A stretch of DNA of 64,000 nucleotides. Source: Methanobacteriota archaeon (GTDB lineage Archaea > Halobacteriota > Bog-38 > Methanoflorentales > Methanoflorentaceae). Position 1 is the stretch's first letter, and each line of letters starts with the position of its first letter. The position numbers were made by a program, and so were the translations under genes. This document shows positions 59,756 to 64,000 of the stretch, piece by piece. Location of the stretch: assembly GCA_963719035.1 (NCBI GenBank), contig CAVRAO010000008.1, positions 384,001 to 448,000 of the forward strand, in the 5' to 3' direction. A model generated the notes under the pieces. That model saw only the letters and a list, made by a program, of their open reading frames with translations. It made no database searches and was not told the origin of the DNA.

Positions 59756-60529
59756 TCACCCATACATAACCTGAGTTGGCCCTTTTGTTTCCACTTGTTC
59801 CGCACCTTGGACCTGTTCCGCAAGCTTCTGTAGCTCTGTTTCGATCTGATCAGCCTCTTCAACGAGCTTCTGAGTATTGATATTTAACTTCATTAAGTCG
59901 TTAATAACGTCAATTACTCGAGCTGCTGCGCGAGGATCGGGGGTCGGTCCCTGGGTTTCGCCCAAGAGACAAAGTGCCGGAAGCTTGCTTATATAACTCT
60001 CATTCATTAAACTCCCCGCAATTCCTGAAATACTTCCAGAGACTAACGTCTCGGTTTTATCTTTTACGAGATTGAGTTGTTCGGCGCCGGTTGCTGCAGC
60101 AAAAACCGTGCGCTGCTCGCGCATAGTAGCAATGCCAGCAATCGGTATGTTAAGTCTCGCATTCAGGCTCTGCGCCCAGTTAGTAATCTCTTTCCCGATA
60201 TCGTACGCTATCATCGGATGAATGAGGATATCCGAAAGCACTACGATAAAGTCATTTTGAGGGTCTTCATATACTCTGACAGGGGCGTGCGCGAGTCCTT
60301 CATAGAGCACCGTAATGGGCGGAAACAGGCGAGACTCGATGGTTCCGATCTGCTTCATTTTGAGCTCTGCTACTATCTGCGTAGCCACGATGTTACCAAC
60401 GAGTCCGATACCAGGGAATCCCTCGAGGATTACCGGATTTTTTGAGCTCACCCCCTCTTCAATGATCATGTGTACGTATTCGTTGTCAGTCGTTCCGGCT
60501 TTCATATTATCAGCATCCGCAATTGCCAC
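59756..60529 (-). CDS. Proteasome assembly chaperone (PAC2 family)
   Basis: EGFPGIGLVG.I, P.RVY, G..GSL, LL.ET....PDPRAA, L.EEA..IE. Confidence 0.92.
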   Translation of the reverse strand: MAIADADNMKAGTTDNEYVHMIIEEGVSSKNPVILEGFPGIGLVGNIVATQIVAELKMKQIGTIESRLFPPITVLYEGLAHAPVRVYEDPQNDFIVVLSDILIHPMIAYDIGKEITNWAQSLNARLNIPIAGIATMREQRTVFAAATGAEQLNLVKDKTETLVSGSISGIAGSLMNESYISKLPALCLLGETQGPTPDPRAAARVIDVINDLMKLNINTQKLVEEADQIETELQKLAEQVQGAEQVETKGPTQVMYG

Positions 60530-60685
60530 TTCTTAAACAATAACCCGTTTCATAGTAAATACTTTATCGACTCATCCCACCGGCATCCCTTGATCGCCTG
60601 ATGCTGATATCCAGTTTCCTGCAACGATCCAAAGGACTTATAAACAATATGCTTTAAGAGCACGTACACGATCATAACCTAGGGT

Positions 60686-61009
60686 GTGATTGCAGTCCAA
60701 GAATATGTGTTCAAACGTGGGTTCAAGAAAGAGGCCCACAAGCGCATTGTAGAAGCACTCAAAGATTGCTTTAGCGTCGACGTTAAAGAAAGCGACGACG
60801 AATACGTTTTAAGCTATGGGGCACTCCGAAAGATCACAATACGGGTGAGAGATACGTTACTCGTTGAAACTGAAGCTGCGGAAGGCGTCCCAGACGAATT
60901 GATAGTCGATACAAATGCGCGGTTCCGCTGTTTTCTAGAAAAAGCAACCGGGTACACAGCAAAACAGCGGGCAAAAAAGGCTCAAGAAGCGGTAAAAAGC
61001 GCTCGATAA
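60686..61009 (+). CDS. Conserved archaeal small protein (DUF5611-like)
   Basis: EY..KRG, SYGAL, DTN.R.R.FLE.ATGYTAKQR.K. Confidence 0.75.
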   Translation: MIAVQEYVFKRGFKKEAHKRIVEALKDCFSVDVKESDDEYVLSYGALRKITIRVRDTLLVETEAAEGVPDELIVDTNARFRCFLEKATGYTAKQRAKKAQEAVKSAR

Positions 61010-61037
61010 AGCTAATTTTCTCTTCTCTTTATCTACA

Positions 61038-63944
61038 CTACTCAACGTAAATTGCAGGTTTCGCCGGAAGTGCTCGCCTCGCCCGATTCGCAGGATCATA
61101 TATCTCGGAGTTTTCCACGAAGACGCATACCCGTTTCCCAAATCTTCGAGATAAGTACTCCTTAGCCGCAAGCAGAGTCTCGGATTCAGCCTCAAAGCCA
61201 AGCAAGGTGTCAGCGGCAGGGGCCTGAGCAAGCGATTTCACAAGATCGGGCGTGATCCGAGCTACATCCTTCAAACGCGTACGCAGATCTGGGTCTTCTT
61301 TGGCTCGCGCCATAATTTCTTTCAGCGAACGATCCTCTAACCCATGCACTACGTGGTAGAGTTGGTACTTCCACGCTGCTGCAAGATAGATGAAAACTGA
61401 TGCAGTTTCCCGTCTTATCGCAGCTTGGATGTTCGAAATGTCGCCAATTACCCCGTCAAGGAAGCGCTTTTGCACAAGTGTTTCAGCATAATGGTTATCA
61501 TGCTCCGGGAAGGCAGCCAATGAGATGTAGCCAACGTTGTGCATTCTCTCCCACAATTCTTCAGCAATATGTGGAACCACCGGAGCGAGCACGCGAAGCC
61601 ATATGTTAAGAATGTCCGAAAGCACATGACGCCTCTCATCAGAGTCTGAAATCATAGATTTGTACTCATCGACCCGGTTTAACTGCTCAAAAAACGCTTC
61701 CGTAACGTACTTTCTGTATGAGAATTGATGAGCCGCTTCTGAAGCTTTTGACACCATAGCGTTCGTCGCTGCCAGGATCCATCTGCTCGCAAATGAGAGT
61801 TCCTTATCATACTGCGACCGTCCCGCCCCGATATCACTATTTGCTGCGTGCCAAAACCGTAGAAGCCTTTTTTTGACCATCTCGACTTCATTTTCTCTCC
61901 AATCAACCGTTGAATTGAGATCAGCGATGGAAACTAGACAGAGTCTCACGAGGTCCGCACTGTAGACCTCTGGGACGGTAGCGATGGGAATTACGTTGCC
62001 CCGACTCTTCGACATCTTAACCCCTTCGCGAATCAGAAGCTCGTTTAGGGTTACGACCCGCGGCCAGCACACCTTAGGGAAGATTATTGCATGATGGAAC
62101 AGGAAGAAGCTCAAGTGATTGGATATGTGGGCGACGGCGGTGTGCCGGTGATCGTTGGGGTACCAATAGGTAAACTCGCTTCGCGCTGCCCTCAACATCT
62201 CCTGAGATAAACCAGTTTGCTGGCTTACGCGCGTTAAATCGCCTTTACCGAGAAAGATAAAATCAAAGAAAGCGGGCGTGAGCTGCTCTGGTTCGCACTC
62301 CCGCAGGTGCTTGATGACAGTATAAAGCGCCATGTAAATTACGGAATCAGAAAGTGGCTCAATGATCCAATGCTCTTTGGAGAATGGAAACTCTGTGCCG
62401 AGACCTCTGCGTCTGACGCACGGCCGTTGATCGAGCCACTGAAACGTTTGAGCGAATTGTGCCCTATACGCATCCGGCACGATTTTTAGCTGGTCTAACA
62501 GTTCAAATGCCTTTGCTTTCCACTTAGGGTCACCATAGTTGAGAAAGTATTGGTCTGGCTCAATAGCGACAACAACATTGCCGCCGCACCGACAGAGTCC
62601 TTTTGCTGAAGTCTCGTAAATCGTTGATGCGGCATTTCGCGCCTTGAGAAACTCTACGATGTCTTGTTTTACGTCGCGCACAAGTCTGCCTTCAAATTGT
62701 TGTGCAACGTGCCTAAGAGTGCCAGTATAGAACTCTTCCCTGTAGAGTAGGTTTGTTATTCGGCTAAGCGTTTCATTGTCACGTTGCGATTGGACGTTAT
62801 AACGTTCGCATAGTTCTACGGCTGGGAAATCGCCATATCCGTCAATCTCTACTAGAGAGAGCGGTTTTATAGCTTCAATATCGTTGTTTAACCGAGAGAG
62901 ATCGATATCTGCGTTGATATCCCGCTGTTGCTTCAGGTCGTTCAGAGCTGCCCAATCGTAAGGCGCGTGAGCGGGAACGCTCATGACGATTCCGGTGCCG
63001 TAATCGACATCAACGAAGTACGCCGGGAGAATCGGTATTTTGCTTCCGACAGGGCTAATGCAGTGGATACCTAACAAGTCCGTGCCGCGCAACTCCTCAA
63101 TGACATTTACATCGTGCTGCTGATAGCGCAACTTGGATGCGCTTTGCTGAGAGATGATCCACATCTCGCCGTCGACATAAGCCTTGACGTAGGTCGCGCT
63201 CGGAGCTACCCAGAGATTTGTCACCGCAAAAACCGTTTCAGGGCGCAGCGTTGCTGTAACAACGTACGCGTCTTCAAAGGAGAACTTTATCCCAACGTAC
63301 TCGTCGATAGAAATCTTCTCAACGTCACCGCCAGCAATGTCATCTTCCCCAACGGCATTTTGATCGACCGTGCAGTAGAGGATTGGGTGCTGCCCGCTGA
63401 CTATCAGTCCGAGCTCCATTAGCTTGTCGTATTGCCAGCGAATAAACTGGTTGTAGATCGGATCTCCGGTGGTAAACTGCCTAGACCAGTCTATGGAGAA
63501 CCCCATTTTCTGGAAATCTGGAATGATCCTTGCTGCAAAGTAGTTCGCGATATTCCAAGGATTGACAAATGAGTTGACGATCTCCTCGATGCGCGACTCG
63601 TCTGCTTCGTAGAGTCGGACGTAGTTTTTGTAAAGTGCTATCGTCGCGCTCTCGCAACGCTCTATGCACGAGCTGATTGCGAGAATCGGGGTCCCCGTGA
63701 TGTGCCACGCCATCGGCCACAAGACGTTGTGGCCGTTCATTCTCATAAATCGAGCGTGAATGTCGGCTATATTGTACGTCCGCGTGTGGCCTATGTGCTG
63801 CGGTCCGCTTGTATAAGGATATGGTGTCGTTAAGAAGTACTTCTTCGAGCCCGTACTTTTTGGCTCAAATATCTTATCACAAAACCACCGATCCTGCCAC
63901 TTGCGCTCAATTGCTCGAATTTCGTCAAGTTCAGAAGCTGTCAA
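61038..63944 (-). CDS. leuS: Leucine--tRNA ligase (archaeal type)
   Basis: YPYTSG..HIGH, DWSR.FTT, TLRPET, GTG.VMSVPAHAPYD, KMSKS. Confidence 0.96.
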   Translation of the reverse strand: MTASELDEIRAIERKWQDRWFCDKIFEPKSTGSKKYFLTTPYPYTSGPQHIGHTRTYNIADIHARFMRMNGHNVLWPMAWHITGTPILAISSCIERCESATIALYKNYVRLYEADESRIEEIVNSFVNPWNIANYFAARIIPDFQKMGFSIDWSRQFTTGDPIYNQFIRWQYDKLMELGLIVSGQHPILYCTVDQNAVGEDDIAGGDVEKISIDEYVGIKFSFEDAYVVTATLRPETVFAVTNLWVAPSATYVKAYVDGEMWIISQQSASKLRYQQHDVNVIEELRGTDLLGIHCISPVGSKIPILPAYFVDVDYGTGIVMSVPAHAPYDWAALNDLKQQRDINADIDLSRLNNDIEAIKPLSLVEIDGYGDFPAVELCERYNVQSQRDNETLSRITNLLYREEFYTGTLRHVAQQFEGRLVRDVKQDIVEFLKARNAASTIYETSAKGLCRCGGNVVVAIEPDQYFLNYGDPKWKAKAFELLDQLKIVPDAYRAQFAQTFQWLDQRPCVRRRGLGTEFPFSKEHWIIEPLSDSVIYMALYTVIKHLRECEPEQLTPAFFDFIFLGKGDLTRVSQQTGLSQEMLRAARSEFTYWYPNDHRHTAVAHISNHLSFFLFHHAIIFPKVCWPRVVTLNELLIREGVKMSKSRGNVIPIATVPEVYSADLVRLCLVSIADLNSTVDWRENEVEMVKKRLLRFWHAANSDIGAGRSQYDKELSFASRWILAATNAMVSKASEAAHQFSYRKYVTEAFFEQLNRVDEYKSMISDSDERRHVLSDILNIWLRVLAPVVPHIAEELWERMHNVGYISLAAFPEHDNHYAETLVQKRFLDGVIGDISNIQAAIRRETASVFIYLAAAWKYQLYHVVHGLEDRSLKEIMARAKEDPDLRTRLKDVARITPDLVKSLAQAPAADTLLGFEAESETLLAAKEYLSRRFGKRVCVFVENSEIYDPANRARRALPAKPAIYVE

Positions 63945-64000
63945 TCGTACCCCTGCAAATCTGAACGATCAAAAAATAGTAATTCGAACAAGCGACCTAA

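Overview
Archaeal chromosomal DNA. The gene set (TgtA/ArcS/RaSEA, NrpR, CDC48, PAC2, BHB-intron tRNA, FrhB-like subunit) points to Halobacteriota/Methanomicrobia-like relatives; this taxonomy is an inference. The window has two parts. (1) About 1-19 kb is an accessory patchwork. It holds microproteins, dispersed repeats, two degenerate tRNA-Val(CAC)-like att remnants (93-118 and 14494-14544) and visibly GC-richer blocks: an AlkZ-like glycosylase, a complete R15P isomerase-RuBisCO III-AMP phosphorylase operon next to a decayed gdhA stub, and a 1235-aa glycosyltransferase-GH130 fusion. (2) About 19.7-64 kb is mostly core genes: the archaeosine operon, glyA/serB/hom, elp3, an hsr1-cdc48-hsp20 operon with its operator, a nitrogen cluster (amtB-glnK, glnA, split glutamate synthase with an FrhB-like subunit, nrpR) with GGAA-N6-TTCC operators, two tRNA-Arg genes and leuS. 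The best novelty candidate is a third TGT-fold paralogue (38247-39257), coupled to a HAD phosphatase. It keeps the catalytic nucleophile and Zn site, but its guanine-reading residues appear switched Asp/Asp/Gln to His/Asn/Glu. No CRISPR array, rRNA, integrase or transposase was seen. All assignments are by-eye motif recognition; no database search was run.
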